Below, piece after piece: positions 33,133-43,064 of a DNA stretch of 64,000 bases; positions within the stretch are counted from its first letter, which is position 1; the number at the start of each line of letters is the position of its first letter. Below the pieces are notes generated by a model. That model worked only from the letters and a program-made list of their open reading frames with translations, was not told where the DNA came from and did not search any database. Made by a program: the position numbers and the translations under genes. The DNA comes from an uncultured candidatus Porisulfidus sp. (GTDB lineage: Bacteria > Pseudomonadota > Gammaproteobacteria > Poriferisulfidales > Poriferisulfidaceae), in the NCBI GenBank assembly GCA_965116025.1, contig OZ220480.1, positions 1,504,001 through 1,568,000 on the forward strand, read 5' to 3'.

Positions 33133-33900
33133 ATGCCTTTTCCATTGGACGCTGAGCGGATCGTCGAGATCCTTTCCAAAGACGCTCGCGCTCGATTTGG
33201 CGCGGTCGAGGTGGTGGACGAGGTCGCCTCCACCAATGATATCTTGCTCGACGGCGTGGAAGATCGCGACCGGGCACTAGTCGCTCGGCTCCAGACCGAG
33301 GGGCGCGGTCGTCAAGGTCGGCGCTGGGTGACTCCAGACGGAGCCTTGACGTTTTCCGTGTCGCATGCCTTTCCGGCGGTCATCCCGCCAGCATTGACGC
33401 TGTGGGTGGGCATAGCTCTGGTCGAGCGCTTGCGCGAGATGGATTTGGGGTGGCCTTGCTTGATCTGGCCAAATGACCTAGCGTACGGCTTCCGGAAATT
33501 TGGCGGTATCCTGACCGAATGCCACGTTCGTCATGGACGATCCCGTTGCGCGGTCGGGGTTGGCGTCAATGTGGAAGCCGTGCCGGAAGTGGATCGGCCC
33601 GCGACCTCGATCATTCACGCATGCGGCTCGCGGCCATCGCCGAATCGGTTGGCGGCGAGCCTGATTGAGGCGGTTTCCGACTGTCTCGCTCGCTTGGACG
33701 CGGGCGCGCGGAGAAAAATCAGGGAACGCTTTGATCCGTACGATGGCCTCAAGGGGAACGAGGCGCGCGTGGTCGATGCGAACGGACAAGCGTATGCGGG
33801 GCGCGCGATGGGCGTGGATGACCACGGATTTCTTCGGATCCAGGGCAAGGACGGCGTTCGGTTGTTCAATAGCGCAGACGCGCGCTTGGATCGACGATGA
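33133..33900 (+). CDS. birA: Biotin-protein ligase without HTH domain
   Basis: STND, QTEGRGRQGRRW, IWPND, RKFGGILTE, VGVGVNV; upstream of coaX. Confidence 0.88.
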   Translation: MPFPLDAERIVEILSKDARARFGAVEVVDEVASTNDILLDGVEDRDRALVARLQTEGRGRQGRRWVTPDGALTFSVSHAFPAVIPPALTLWVGIALVERLREMDLGWPCLIWPNDLAYGFRKFGGILTECHVRHGRSRCAVGVGVNVEAVPEVDRPATSIIHACGSRPSPNRLAASLIEAVSDCLARLDAGARRKIRERFDPYDGLKGNEARVVDANGQAYAGRAMGVDDHGFLRIQGKDGVRLFNSADARLDRR

Positions 33901-34628
33901 GCCTGTTGCTTGACCTCGGTCACACCTGCGCCAAGCTTGGCGAGGAGAAAAATGGCCAGGTCCTTCGGTTGGCGACGATTCCGATCACCGACGCGCCCCG
34001 CTTGCGCGCGGCGTTGCGAGAGCGCCAGAGCCCGGACGAGGTTTTGCGCGCCGTGTCGACGATGCGAGGGAGCGAGGGCAACGCTTCGCGCGAAGGAGTC
34101 GAGCGGGCTTGGGGTCAGCCGGTGGCGTGGGCCAGTTCCGAAGCGGCGCGCGGAGATATCCGCTTGCGCTATGATCGCCCCGAGACGTTCGGGACGGATC
34201 GATTGCTGGCGCTTCGGGCCGCGCGGCGGCGGACTCGTTCGGCCCTCATCGTGGTGGATGCCGGATCCGCGGTCGTCGTGGATGGGTTGACCAAGGACGA
34301 TCAGCATTGCGGCGGTTGGATCGCGCCGGGCTATTCCCGACAGAAAAGCGCCTTGGCAATATTGCCCATCGCCAATCACGCTCCGCTGGTGGAGCCGCAT
34401 GGCTCTTTCCATCCCGGTACGAGCGAGGCCATTGAATCCGGGATTTGGGAGGCGCTTTCCGCGGGCGTTGACGCGATGTGCGCGCGCTTGCGCGAGGACA
34501 CGCTGGGAGAATCCGCCATGGTCATGCTGACCGGTGGCGACGCTGATAATCTTCAGCTCTGGTGCAGGACTTCAATGGTCGCCGCGCCGGACCTGGTGCT
34601 GGAGGGCTTGGCGTTCTGCTCAGGTTGA
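33897..34628 (+). CDS. coaX: Type III pantothenate kinase
   Basis: LLLDLGHT, Y..PETFGTDR, IVVDAGSA, GGWIAPG, LTGGDA, DLVLEGL. Confidence 0.9.
   Translation: MSLLLDLGHTCAKLGEEKNGQVLRLATIPITDAPRLRAALRERQSPDEVLRAVSTMRGSEGNASREGVERAWGQPVAWASSEAARGDIRLRYDRPETFGTDRLLALRAARRRTRSALIVVDAGSAVVVDGLTKDDQHCGGWIAPGYSRQKSALAILPIANHAPLVEPHGSFHPGTSEAIESGIWEALSAGVDAMCARLREDTLGESAMVMLTGGDADNLQLWCRTSMVAAPDLVLEGLAFCSG
34306..34621 (+). repeat. 316-bp direct repeat, copy 1 (3' part of coaX)
   Basis: Matches 36381-36696 (offset 2075) with about 5 substitutions counted by eye. Confidence 0.95.
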
Positions 34629-34809
34629 GTTTCCAGTTTTAAAGAAACGCGAGCGGGTTGTTGGTAACGCGTTTGTTCCATATCCGCGCGTGGGATATCC
34701 CGGCGTGATTTCAGAAAGAGCTTGGGGTTTCGTGGGGTTTGCGATGATGTGATATATTGTTGAATAGTTTATTCTATTAACCTACTTTTAATCACATGGC
34801 GTGGCACTC

Positions 34810-35421
34810 ATGAAAACGCAGAAGGATCGAGTGATCGCTCTTCTCAAGGCCCATGGACCCATGCGTGGCATTGAGCTTAGCGATGCCGGGATCCACCCGG
34901 AAACGCTCGCACGCATGCTCAGGGACCAAACGCTCTTCCGCGCCACTCGCGGGCTCTACCAACTCGCCGATGCGGAGATTACGGCATCGCATGATCTCGC
35001 CGAGGTCGCGAAACTCGCACCCAAAGGGGTTATCTGCCTAATTTCCGCTCTTCAGTTCCACGATCTCACGCTTCAGGTGCCGGGCCGGGTCTGGCTCGCT
35101 ATTGACCAAAAGGCGCGAAAGCCCAAATTCGAATATCCTCCGACCCGAATCGTGCGATTCGGACCAAGGGCTCTCTTCCTCGGCGTGCGAGCCTATAACG
35201 TCGACGGCGTGCACGTGCCCATTTTCGACCCGGCCAAGGCGGTTGTGGATTGCTTCCGGTTTCGGCGGTATGTCGGTCTTGATGTCGCGATTGAAGGGCT
35301 CCATAACGCTATTAGATCTGGAAAGGCCAAACCGGCGCGGATCGTCAGTTATGCTCGTGATACGCGCATCTGGTCCGTCCTAAGGCCCTATCTGGAAACG
35401 GTGATTGCTAATGTCGCGTGA
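34810..35421 (+). CDS. Type IV TA antitoxin AbiEi (wHTH)
   Basis: LFRATRGLYQL, GVICLISALQFHDLT, KAVVDCFRFRRYVGLDVAIEGL, VLRPYLE. Confidence 0.88.
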   Translation: MKTQKDRVIALLKAHGPMRGIELSDAGIHPETLARMLRDQTLFRATRGLYQLADAEITASHDLAEVAKLAPKGVICLISALQFHDLTLQVPGRVWLAIDQKARKPKFEYPPTRIVRFGPRALFLGVRAYNVDGVHVPIFDPAKAVVDCFRFRRYVGLDVAIEGLHNAIRSGKAKPARIVSYARDTRIWSVLRPYLETVIANVA

Positions 35422-36337
35422 TGGGCCGAGAAATATCGCCGCTTCGGTGCGCGCGCGGCTACGCGACTTAGCCAGGGAACGCCAGACGAACTTCCAGCGC
35501 ATGCTCGTCCGATACGCTCTTGAACGTTTTCTCTTTCGGCTGAGCGCATCTCCTCATAGGGATCTTTTTGTTCTCAAGGGAGCCATGCTTTACGTCGCAT
35601 GGTTCACGGACCCGTTTCGAACGACTCTAGACCTTGATTTTCTGTCTTTCGCTGATCGCGAGGTGGATCCTCTTCTCGACGTGGTTCGCGATATTTGCAC
35701 TCAGCCAGTCGTGGACGATGGGTTGCGCTTCGACACCGATAATATCCACGCGGATTCGTCCGGCGAGGGTCGCGCGCATGGTGCCATTCGAGTCCGCGCC
35801 GTGGCCCAGCTTGGTTCCGCAGTTATCCCCGTTCACATTGATCTCGGTTTCGGTGACGCTGTGAAACCCGGCCCTTTGGAGATAGAGTTTCCCACGCTTC
35901 TTGACCATCCGGCTCCCGCCCTCCAAGCGTATCCACGAGAGACTGTGGCTGCTGAGAAGTTTCAAGCCATCGTTGCGCTCGACCTTGCGAATAGCCGTAT
36001 GAAGGACTTCTATGACTTGCTCGCGATGTCGCGGCTCTTTATGTTCGAAGGCGTAACCCTTGCCACCGCCATAGGCGCCACATTCGATAAGCGCGCCACG
36101 CTCATTCCAAACGAGCGGCCTCCGCCACTGACGCGAGCCTTTTCCGATGATCCTCAAAAAATTCGCCAGTGGAGGTCGTTTCTCGCTCGAGACCCGCTAC
36201 TGGTTGACGAGCCTGATCTAGGCATGGTCATTGGAGAAGTCGGAGATTTCATCATGCCCGCGGCCCTCGCGGCTATTGATGGCTGTCGCATGCCGGAACG
36301 CTGGGTATACGGCGACGGGTGGAGGTTGGTTGAATGA
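35411..36337 (+). CDS. Type IV TA toxin AbiEii (nucleotidyltransferase), intact
   Basis: NIAASVRARL, YALERFLFRL, FVLKGAML, RTTLDLDF, IDLGFGD, AEKFQAIV...NSRMKDFYDL. Confidence 0.9.
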   Translation: MSRDGPRNIAASVRARLRDLARERQTNFQRMLVRYALERFLFRLSASPHRDLFVLKGAMLYVAWFTDPFRTTLDLDFLSFADREVDPLLDVVRDICTQPVVDDGLRFDTDNIHADSSGEGRAHGAIRVRAVAQLGSAVIPVHIDLGFGDAVKPGPLEIEFPTLLDHPAPALQAYPRETVAAEKFQAIVALDLANSRMKDFYDLLAMSRLFMFEGVTLATAIGATFDKRATLIPNERPPPLTRAFSDDPQKIRQWRSFLARDPLLVDEPDLGMVIGEVGDFIMPAALAAIDGCRMPERWVYGDGWRLVE

Positions 36338-36380
36338 TCGCCCCGAGGGAGAGTCGCCTTGTGCCAGAAGAATTTCTGGT

Positions 36381-36696
36381 ATTGCGGCGGTTGGATCGCG
36401 CCAGGCTATTCCCGACAGAAAAGCGCCTTGGCAATATTGCCCATCGCCAATCACGCTCCGCTGGTGGAGCCGCATGGCTCTTTCCATCCCGATACGAGCG
36501 AGGCCATTGAATCCGGGATTTGGGAGGCGCTTTCCGCGGGCGTTGACGCGATGTGCGCGCGCTTGCGCGAGGACACGCTGGGAGAATCCGCCATGGTCAT
36601 GCTGACCGGTGGCGACGCTGATAATCTTCAGCTCTGGTGCAGGATCTCAATGGTCGCCGCGCCGGACCTGGTGCTGGAGGGCTTGCCGTTCTGCTC
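36381..36696 (+). pseudogene. Duplicated coaX 3' fragment (direct repeat copy 2)
   Basis: CGGWIAPG...DLVLEGLPFCS; 5' half of gene absent; changes G>D, T>I, A>P versus copy 1. Confidence 0.9.
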
Positions 36697-37122
36697 GTGT
36701 TCATGTCCCGCATAGGCGGAGTGGAGAGCCTGGAGCGTAGTATAAGGAGCACGGTGGCTTGTCCACTTGGCGAGGAGGCGTAGCGCCGTTCTGAGGTCGG
36801 AGCGGCAGAGTTGCAGGATCGGCCATTGTTATAATGAAACCTCATCCGCAGATGCTTACGTTCACCTATCAGTTTTTGTCATAATTTTGGATCGGCCAAG
36901 CGACGAAGTTTCGAGTAAGCTTGAAATATGAGCGTGGGAATGTCTGTCATCTGGAGTGATACCGTCGCGCTGATCTCTCCAGATGCTTCAACGACCTTAC
37001 GACTCAAGTCGCGGAATCTGCCCGGATAGATTTAAAAAAAGAAGTGTCTGGGCTGGTTGTCGAAGCTGCCAATTATCACCGTTGGCATCAGCAGTCCTTA
37101 TGGGAATGGTTGCGAAAGGCGG

Positions 37123-37374
37123 ATGGATAGCGGACGCGGTAATAATGTCGTCCACATGCGACCACCGAATACGGCCAGCGGTGGTGGCCTTGATGGTGAC
37201 GGCGACAGGTTGAGGACGGTTGAAGACCGTCTGGCTCGAATTGAGACGGAAATGCGCCACTTGGCGACAAAAGCGGGTTTGGAAGCGAGTTATTCCTCCA
37301 TGCGCAAGTGGGTCATAGGCCTATTCATAAGCACGTTGATCGCGGTTTTCGCCGCGGTTTTCGCGTTGCTATGA
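37123..37374 (+). CDS. Small coiled-coil protein with C-terminal TM anchor (DUF1640/XhlA-like)
   Basis: VEDRLARIETEMRHLATKAGLE...KWVIGLFISTLIAVFAAVFALL; RBS-like aaaggcgg. Confidence 0.55.
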   Translation: MDSGRGNNVVHMRPPNTASGGGLDGDGDRLRTVEDRLARIETEMRHLATKAGLEASYSSMRKWVIGLFISTLIAVFAAVFALL

Positions 37375-37551
37375 TTCATGAATCCATGATTGACCTGCAT
37401 GGGGTTTTCCAAAGATATTCCTGCATTTTCTTCCTCGAGAGCGCGCGTCAAGAATCAGAATGGTGTACAATGGCGCGCCGACGCACTTTCGATGGAAGGT
37501 GCGTTTTTTGATTGAACCGAACCAACTGAGCGACCAGCAGAGCTTCCCAGC

Positions 37552-38706
37552 ATGAGAATCGGGATTCCGAAAGAAATCCGCCCGGGCGAGAATCGGGTGG
37601 CCATTTCCCCTGACACGATCAAGAAACTGACCGGCATGGGGATGGAGGTCGTGGTGGAGGCCGGGTGCGGAGCCGGCTCTTGCGTGACCGACGAGCAGTA
37701 CCAGAAGGCGGGCGCCCGCGTCGCGCCAGATGCCACCGCCACACTTGGCGAGGCGGACTTGGTTTTCAAGATCCAGCGACCGATGACGGCCGAGGAGGGG
37801 ACGGACGAGATCGCCCTGATGAAGAAAGGCGCGATTCTTGTCGGCCATCTGGCGACCCTTTCCCAGCCCGATTCCGCGAAGAGCTACAACGAGCGCGGGC
37901 TCACGACCTTCGCCATGGACCTGATGCCGCGCATCAGCCGCGCGCAGTCCATGGACGTGCTGTCCTCGCAGAGCAATCTGGCGGGCTACAAGGCGGTCGT
38001 GGAGGCCGCCGCCGAGCACGTCAGCGCCTTCCCGATGATGATGACCGCGGCCGGCACGGTGGCGCCCGCCCGCGTGTTCGTGATGGGCGTTGGGGTGGCG
38101 GGCTTGCAGGCCATCGCCACCGCCAAGCGTTTGGGCGCGGTGGTCACCGCCTACGACGTGCGCCCGGCCACCCGCGAGCAAGTCGAGAGTCTGGGCGGGA
38201 AGTTTCTGATCGTGGACGAGGACGCGATGAAAGACGCCGAGACCGCCGGCGGGTACGCCAAGGAGATGACCGAGGAGTACAAGCGCAAAGAGCGCGAGGT
38301 CCTCGCCAATCACGTCAAGGACCAAGACATCGTTATCACCACCGCCCTCATCCCGGGCCGTCCGGCCCCGGTGCTGGTGACGCGCGCGATGGTCGAGTCG
38401 ATGAAGCCCGGTTCGGTGATCGTCGATCTGGCGGTCGAGACCGGAGGCAACTGCGAGTGCGCGGAGCGCGGCGTGGTGGCCGAGCACCAAGGCGTGCGAA
38501 TCATTGGTTACGACAATATGCCGGCGCGTCTGGCGCGCGACGCGAGCAACCTGTTCGCCAAGAACATTCTTAATTTTCTGACCCCGCATATTGACGCGGA
38601 GAACGGCGCTCTCAACTTGGATTGGGAAGACGAGACGCTCGCCGAGACCGTTCTGACGCGCGATGGAGAGGTCGTCAACGCCCGGATCAAGGAGCTGATG
38701 TCATGA
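37552..38706 (+). CDS. pntAA: NAD(P) transhydrogenase alpha1 (domain I)
   Basis: IGIPKE...[55 protein letters not shown]. Confidence 0.95.
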   Translation: MRIGIPKEIRPGENRVAISPDTIKKLTGMGMEVVVEAGCGAGSCVTDEQYQKAGARVAPDATATLGEADLVFKIQRPMTAEEGTDEIALMKKGAILVGHLATLSQPDSAKSYNERGLTTFAMDLMPRISRAQSMDVLSSQSNLAGYKAVVEAAAEHVSAFPMMMTAAGTVAPARVFVMGVGVAGLQAIATAKRLGAVVTAYDVRPATREQVESLGGKFLIVDEDAMKDAETAGGYAKEMTEEYKRKEREVLANHVKDQDIVITTALIPGRPAPVLVTRAMVESMKPGSVIVDLAVETGGNCECAERGVVAEHQGVRIIGYDNMPARLARDASNLFAKNILNFLTPHIDAENGALNLDWEDETLAETVLTRDGEVVNARIKELMS

Positions 38707-39098
38707 TGATCGACGCGACTATCCTCGCCCAAGGCCTGACGCAGGTCTCCGACTTCGCGGGCGGCCTCGCGATGTCCACGGCCAGCGGCTCCGCTGCGGC
38801 GGGAGGGACCCCGTTTTTGAATCTGTTCACCGTTTTCGTGCTGGCCTGCTTCGTCGGCTTCTACGTGGTGTGGAGCGTGACGCCCGCGTTGCACTCTCCA
38901 TTGCTCGCGGTGACCAACGCCATTTCCTCGGTCATCATCGTCGGCGGCTTATTGGCCGCGGGCCCGGCGGCCGGGCTGGCGGACATGGACTTCTCCAGTC
39001 TGATGGGCTTTCTCGCCGTCACGCTGGCTTCGGTCAACATCTTCGGCGGGTTCTTGGTGACCCAGCGAATGCTGGCCATGTTCAAGAAAAAGAAATAA
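38703..39098 (+). CDS. pntAB: NAD(P) transhydrogenase alpha2 (membrane part)
   Basis: [37 protein letters not shown]. Confidence 0.93.
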   Translation: MMIDATILAQGLTQVSDFAGGLAMSTASGSAAAGGTPFLNLFTVFVLACFVGFYVVWSVTPALHSPLLAVTNAISSVIIVGGLLAAGPAAGLADMDFSSLMGFLAVTLASVNIFGGFLVTQRMLAMFKKKK

Positions 39099-39116
39099 GC
39101 GGACGAGGACAGAGAC

Positions 39117-40508
39117 ATGAGCGCAAGCTGGACCGGATTCGCCTACCTCGTCGCCGCCGTGTGCTTCATCATGGCGTTGCGCGGACTATCGTCCCCGACC
39201 TCGGCGCGTCAGGGCAACGTGATGGGCATCATCGGCATGGTCATCGCCGTGGTCACCACGCTGCTGGACCCGGACGTGATCAGTTACGAGATCATTCTCG
39301 CTGGCATTCTCGTCGGTGGCGCGATCGGAACGCTGGTGGCGTTCCGCATCAACATGACGGCGCTCCCGCAGCTGGTGGCCGCCTTCCATTCGCTGGTCGG
39401 CATGGCCGCGGTGCTGGTGGCGATCGCCGCGTTCTACCACCCAGAAGCCTACGGCATCGGAACGTTCGGGAACATCGGAGCGGCCTCGCTCATCGAGATG
39501 AGCATTGGCGCGGCCGTCGGTGCCATCACCTTCTCCGGCTCCGTGGTGGCCTTCGCCAAGTTGCAGGGTTTGGTCAGCGGCAACCCGGTCGTGTTCCCTC
39601 TGCAGCATCCGCTCAACGCCGCCATCGGCATCGCCATCGTCGGCCTGATCGTCGCGCTGGTTCTAGCGCAGGACCCGACCTCGTTCTGGGCGATCGTGAT
39701 CCTGGCCTTCCTGATCGGCTTCCTGATCATCATCCCGATCGGCGGGGCGGATATGCCGGTCGTGGTTTCCATGCTGAATTCCTATTCCGGATGGGCTGCC
39801 TGCGGTATCGGCTTCACGTTAAGCAACATGGCGCTGATCATCACTGGAGCGCTGGTCGGATCGTCCGGCGCGATCCTGAGCTACATCATGTGCAAAGGCA
39901 TGAATCGATCCATCTTCAACGTTCTGCTGGGCGGCTTCGGGGGCGAGACGGTCGCCGCGGCGCAACAGGGCGGCGGCAGTCGTTCGGTCAAGCAGGGCAG
40001 CGCGGATGACGCCGCCTTCATCATGAGTAATGCCAACAAGGTGATCGTGGTTCCGGGCTATGGCATGGCGGTGGCTCAGGCGCAGCACGCGCTACGCGAG
40101 ATGGCTGACCTGCTCAAAGAGAAAGGCGTCGACGTCAAGTACGCGATTCATCCGGTCGCCGGGCGCATGCCTGGACATATGAACGTGCTTCTGGCGGAGG
40201 CCTCGGTCCCGTATGATGAGGTGTTCGAGCTCGAGGAGATCAACCACGAATTCTCCACCGCCGACGTGGCGTTCGTGATTGGAGCGAATGACGTCACCAA
40301 CCCGCTGGCGAAGACGGATCCTTCCAGCCCAATCTATGGCATGCCGATTCTGGACGTCGAGAAGGCGGGCACGACGCTGTTCCTGAAGCGCTCTCTCGGT
40401 TCCGGCTACGCGGGCGTGGACAATGAGCTGTTCTTCCGCGACAAGACCATGATGCTGTTCGGCGATGCCAAGAAGATGACCGAGGAAATCGTTCAGGCTC
40501 TTAACTAG
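39117..40508 (+). CDS. pntB: NAD(P) transhydrogenase beta
   Basis: PQLVAAFHSLVG, IGGADMPVVVSMLNSYSGW, PGYGMAVAQAQH, HPVAGRMPGHMNVLLAEA, GANDVTNP. Confidence 0.96.
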   Translation: MSASWTGFAYLVAAVCFIMALRGLSSPTSARQGNVMGIIGMVIAVVTTLLDPDVISYEIILAGILVGGAIGTLVAFRINMTALPQLVAAFHSLVGMAAVLVAIAAFYHPEAYGIGTFGNIGAASLIEMSIGAAVGAITFSGSVVAFAKLQGLVSGNPVVFPLQHPLNAAIGIAIVGLIVALVLAQDPTSFWAIVILAFLIGFLIIIPIGGADMPVVVSMLNSYSGWAACGIGFTLSNMALIITGALVGSSGAILSYIMCKGMNRSIFNVLLGGFGGETVAAAQQGGGSRSVKQGSADDAAFIMSNANKVIVVPGYGMAVAQAQHALREMADLLKEKGVDVKYAIHPVAGRMPGHMNVLLAEASVPYDEVFELEEINHEFSTADVAFVIGANDVTNPLAKTDPSSPIYGMPILDVEKAGTTLFLKRSLGSGYAGVDNELFFRDKTMMLFGDAKKMTEEIVQALN

Positions 40509-41186
40509 TTGGGCTTGCTAGTAGATATCCTCGGCCTGTTGCGCCGACAGCAAGACTCCACTCCGTTGCGCCATGGCCGCTTCGGCTGGTGGCCCGCGCG
40601 TAGCGCGTTCGAGGTGATGGTCGGCGCGGTGCTCACGCAAAACACCGCTTGGGTCAACGTCGAGAAATCCATCGCCCGCTTGCGCGAGGCGCGCCGTCTT
40701 GACGCCGAGGCGATTCTGGACCTGTCGCCCTCTCGTCTAGCTGAGCTGATCCGTTCATCTGGTTACTACAACGTCAAGCAGAAGCGCCTGCGCGCCTTGT
40801 GCCAGTGGTACCGGGAGCGCGGACCTTGGCGACGGTTGAGGCGGAGGGATACCGAGGATCTGCGCGCGGAGTTGCTGGCGGTGCATGGCGTCGGGCCGGA
40901 GACGGCGGACGACATTTTGCTGTACGCCCTCGGTCGCCCGGTATTCGTCGTGGATGCCTACACCCGGAGGATTCTCTCGCGCATGGGACTAGTGTCCGCT
41001 CGGATTGGCTACGAGGACCTTCGCCAGCTGTTTGAGCGCGAACTGCCCCGCGATGCCGATTTGTACAACGAGTACCACGCGCGCGTCGTTCTGCATGCCA
41101 AGCACGTCTGCTTGGCGCGTGCCCCGCGTTGCGATCAGTGCCGCTTGCGCTCCTGTTGCGTCTACGGTCAAGCTTCCAGAGCTTGA
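40509..41186 (+). CDS. Endonuclease III-related HhH-GPD protein
   Basis: GAVLTQNTAW, HhH LLAVHGVGPETADDILLY, VVDAY, C-terminal Cys cluster CLARAPRCDQCRLRSCC. Confidence 0.88.
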   Translation: MGLLVDILGLLRRQQDSTPLRHGRFGWWPARSAFEVMVGAVLTQNTAWVNVEKSIARLREARRLDAEAILDLSPSRLAELIRSSGYYNVKQKRLRALCQWYRERGPWRRLRRRDTEDLRAELLAVHGVGPETADDILLYALGRPVFVVDAYTRRILSRMGLVSARIGYEDLRQLFERELPRDADLYNEYHARVVLHAKHVCLARAPRCDQCRLRSCCVYGQASRA

Positions 41187-41941
41187 CCGAGGCGGACGGC
41201 GCGCCCCGTGACCCCGCGGCTGTCGGGGCCCAGGAAATAGACGAAAGCCGGGGCGACCCGCTCCGCCGTCGCGCGCGCGCCGCCGGGCTCACCAGGATAG
41301 TTCTGCCTTCGCAGCCGCGTTTCCACAGGACCCGGATCAATGCCATTGATTCGGATCGGGCGGTCTCCGCCCAGTTCGCGCGACAGGATCTCGACTAGCC
41401 CCTCAAGCCCCGCCTTGGCCACGCCATAGGCGCCCCAATAGGCGCGCCGGGCTTGTCCGTCCAGCGCGAACGCGACCGCCGGGTCGTCCGCTTTTTCCAG
41501 CAATGGCAGGCATGCCTGGGTCAGCAACCAAGGAGCGAGCAGGTTGACTCGCAGCAACCGAGTCCAGTCGGCGGGCTGCGTCAGGCGCATCGGACGCAGG
41601 CCACCAACCAGCCCGGCGTTATTCAGCAAGCTGTCGAGGCGGCCGAATTCCTGGTCGATCCGCTCGGCCGTTCGCGCGTAATCGTCGACCGTCGCGCCGC
41701 CCAAGTCAAACGGAAGAATAACGGGCTCGGGTCCGCCGGCCTCGCGAATTCGGTCGTAGGTCTCTTCCAGCCTGGGTCGGTCGCGCGCCAGCAGGATCAC
41801 GGTGGCTCCAGCGCGGGCGCAGGCGTGGGCGCAAGCGCGCCCGATTCCAGAGCTAGCCCCGGTGATTAGCGTCACTCGGTCGGCGAGAGCCTTGGGAGAA
41901 GGCGCGTATTCGGCCTCGCCCCAAGCGGGCTCATCCGGCAT
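41168..41941 (-). CDS. YciK-like short-chain dehydrogenase
   Basis: ITGASSGIG, NNAG, RAYWGAYGVAK, DPGPVETRLR..YPGE. Confidence 0.85.
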   Translation of the reverse strand: MPDEPAWGEAEYAPSPKALADRVTLITGASSGIGRACAHACARAGATVILLARDRPRLEETYDRIREAGGPEPVILPFDLGGATVDDYARTAERIDQEFGRLDSLLNNAGLVGGLRPMRLTQPADWTRLLRVNLLAPWLLTQACLPLLEKADDPAVAFALDGQARRAYWGAYGVAKAGLEGLVEILSRELGGDRPIRINGIDPGPVETRLRRQNYPGEPGGARATAERVAPAFVYFLGPDSRGVTGRAVRLGQALEA

Positions 41942-43064
41942 CGCCAGAAGACTCTCGCGCGGACGATACGCGGCGGGGAATTTCCGTCAGCTCGTCAATG
42001 TCGGAAGTTCGCTTGCGCGCGTCCACCCCGAGCTCCCGAAATTTGTCCGAGGTCGGCAACACGCGAGATTCCCAGGATCCGACCATGCGATTGAAGCGCC
42101 CAACGCTTCCCCCCAAGGACTTGCCAAGGGCCGCCATATGCTCGGAGAAGACGGCGACGCGCTCGCATAGCTCGTAGCCGAGCTTGCGGATTCTCTCGGC
42201 ATTCTCCGCGACCTTCCGCTGGTTCCACCCGTACGCCACCGCGCGCAGGATCGCCATCAGGCTGCTGGGCGTGGCCAGCAACACCTTGCGTGCCAAGGCA
42301 TCGTCCATCAAATCGGGATCCTGCTCCAGCGCGGCGTTGAGGAACTGGTCTCCGGGCACGAACATCACCACGAAATCGAGCGAGCTCTCGTTAGCGAAAC
42401 CCGCCCAGTATTCCTTGCGCGAGAGATCCGTGACCATGGAGCGCATGGAGCTCGCGAACTCCCGCATCCGCTCTTTCTGACGCTCGGGGTTGGATTCCCG
42501 ATAGGCTTCGGAGTATTTCTGGAGGGGGGCTTTGGCATCAATCGGAAGAGCTCGGTTTTCCGGCAGCCGCACCACCACGTCCGGGCGCCGCCCGCTTTCC
42601 TGCCGCGGTTGCTCCATGAAGTCGACGTGCGCGGTCATTCCGGCCAGCTCGATGATCCGGCGCAAGGTGATCTCCCCGTAGGAGCCGCGCACTTGCGGGC
42701 GCGCCAGCGCCTGCGACAGGTTCTGGGTCTCTTGGCGCAGGCGCTCCTGCGCGGTGACCGCGTCCCGCAATTGCTGGGACAGCCGGCCGTAGGCGGTGTG
42801 CCGGTCCTTCTCGATCTCGCCGATTTGCTCGCGGGCGCGCTCCAGCGTCTCCCGCAACGGCTTGAGCGTGGTCTCGAGAGAATCGCGCTGGCGTTCGGCG
42901 TTGCGCTCGAGCGCCTCGACCGAAAGCGCGGAAAAGCTTTCTCTGAGGGTCTGGTTGAGTTGGCCGAGATGCCGCTGATCGCGGCTTCGCGACACCCATA
43001 AGCCGACGAGGACGCCGACCGACAGGCCGAACGTGAACATCAGAGCCCAGAGCCAAACGTTCAT
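41931..43064 (-). CDS. rmuC: DNA recombination protein RmuC
   Basis: RGSYGEITL, RPDVVV, IDAKAP, DFVVMFVPGD, ATPSSLMA, N-terminal TM helix. Confidence 0.92.
   Translation of the reverse strand: MNVWLWALMFTFGLSVGVLVGLWVSRSRDQRHLGQLNQTLRESFSALSVEALERNAERQRDSLETTLKPLRETLERAREQIGEIEKDRHTAYGRLSQQLRDAVTAQERLRQETQNLSQALARPQVRGSYGEITLRRIIELAGMTAHVDFMEQPRQESGRRPDVVVRLPENRALPIDAKAPLQKYSEAYRESNPERQKERMREFASSMRSMVTDLSRKEYWAGFANESSLDFVVMFVPGDQFLNAALEQDPDLMDDALARKVLLATPSSLMAILRAVAYGWNQRKVAENAERIRKLGYELCERVAVFSEHMAALGKSLGGSVGRFNRMVGSWESRVLPTSDKFRELGVDARKRTSDIDELTEIPRRVSSARESSGDAG

Noticed and set aside
36359-36715. 118-aa ORF as an independent gene
   Set aside because: It is the duplicated coaX 3' fragment lacking the N-terminal catalytic motifs.
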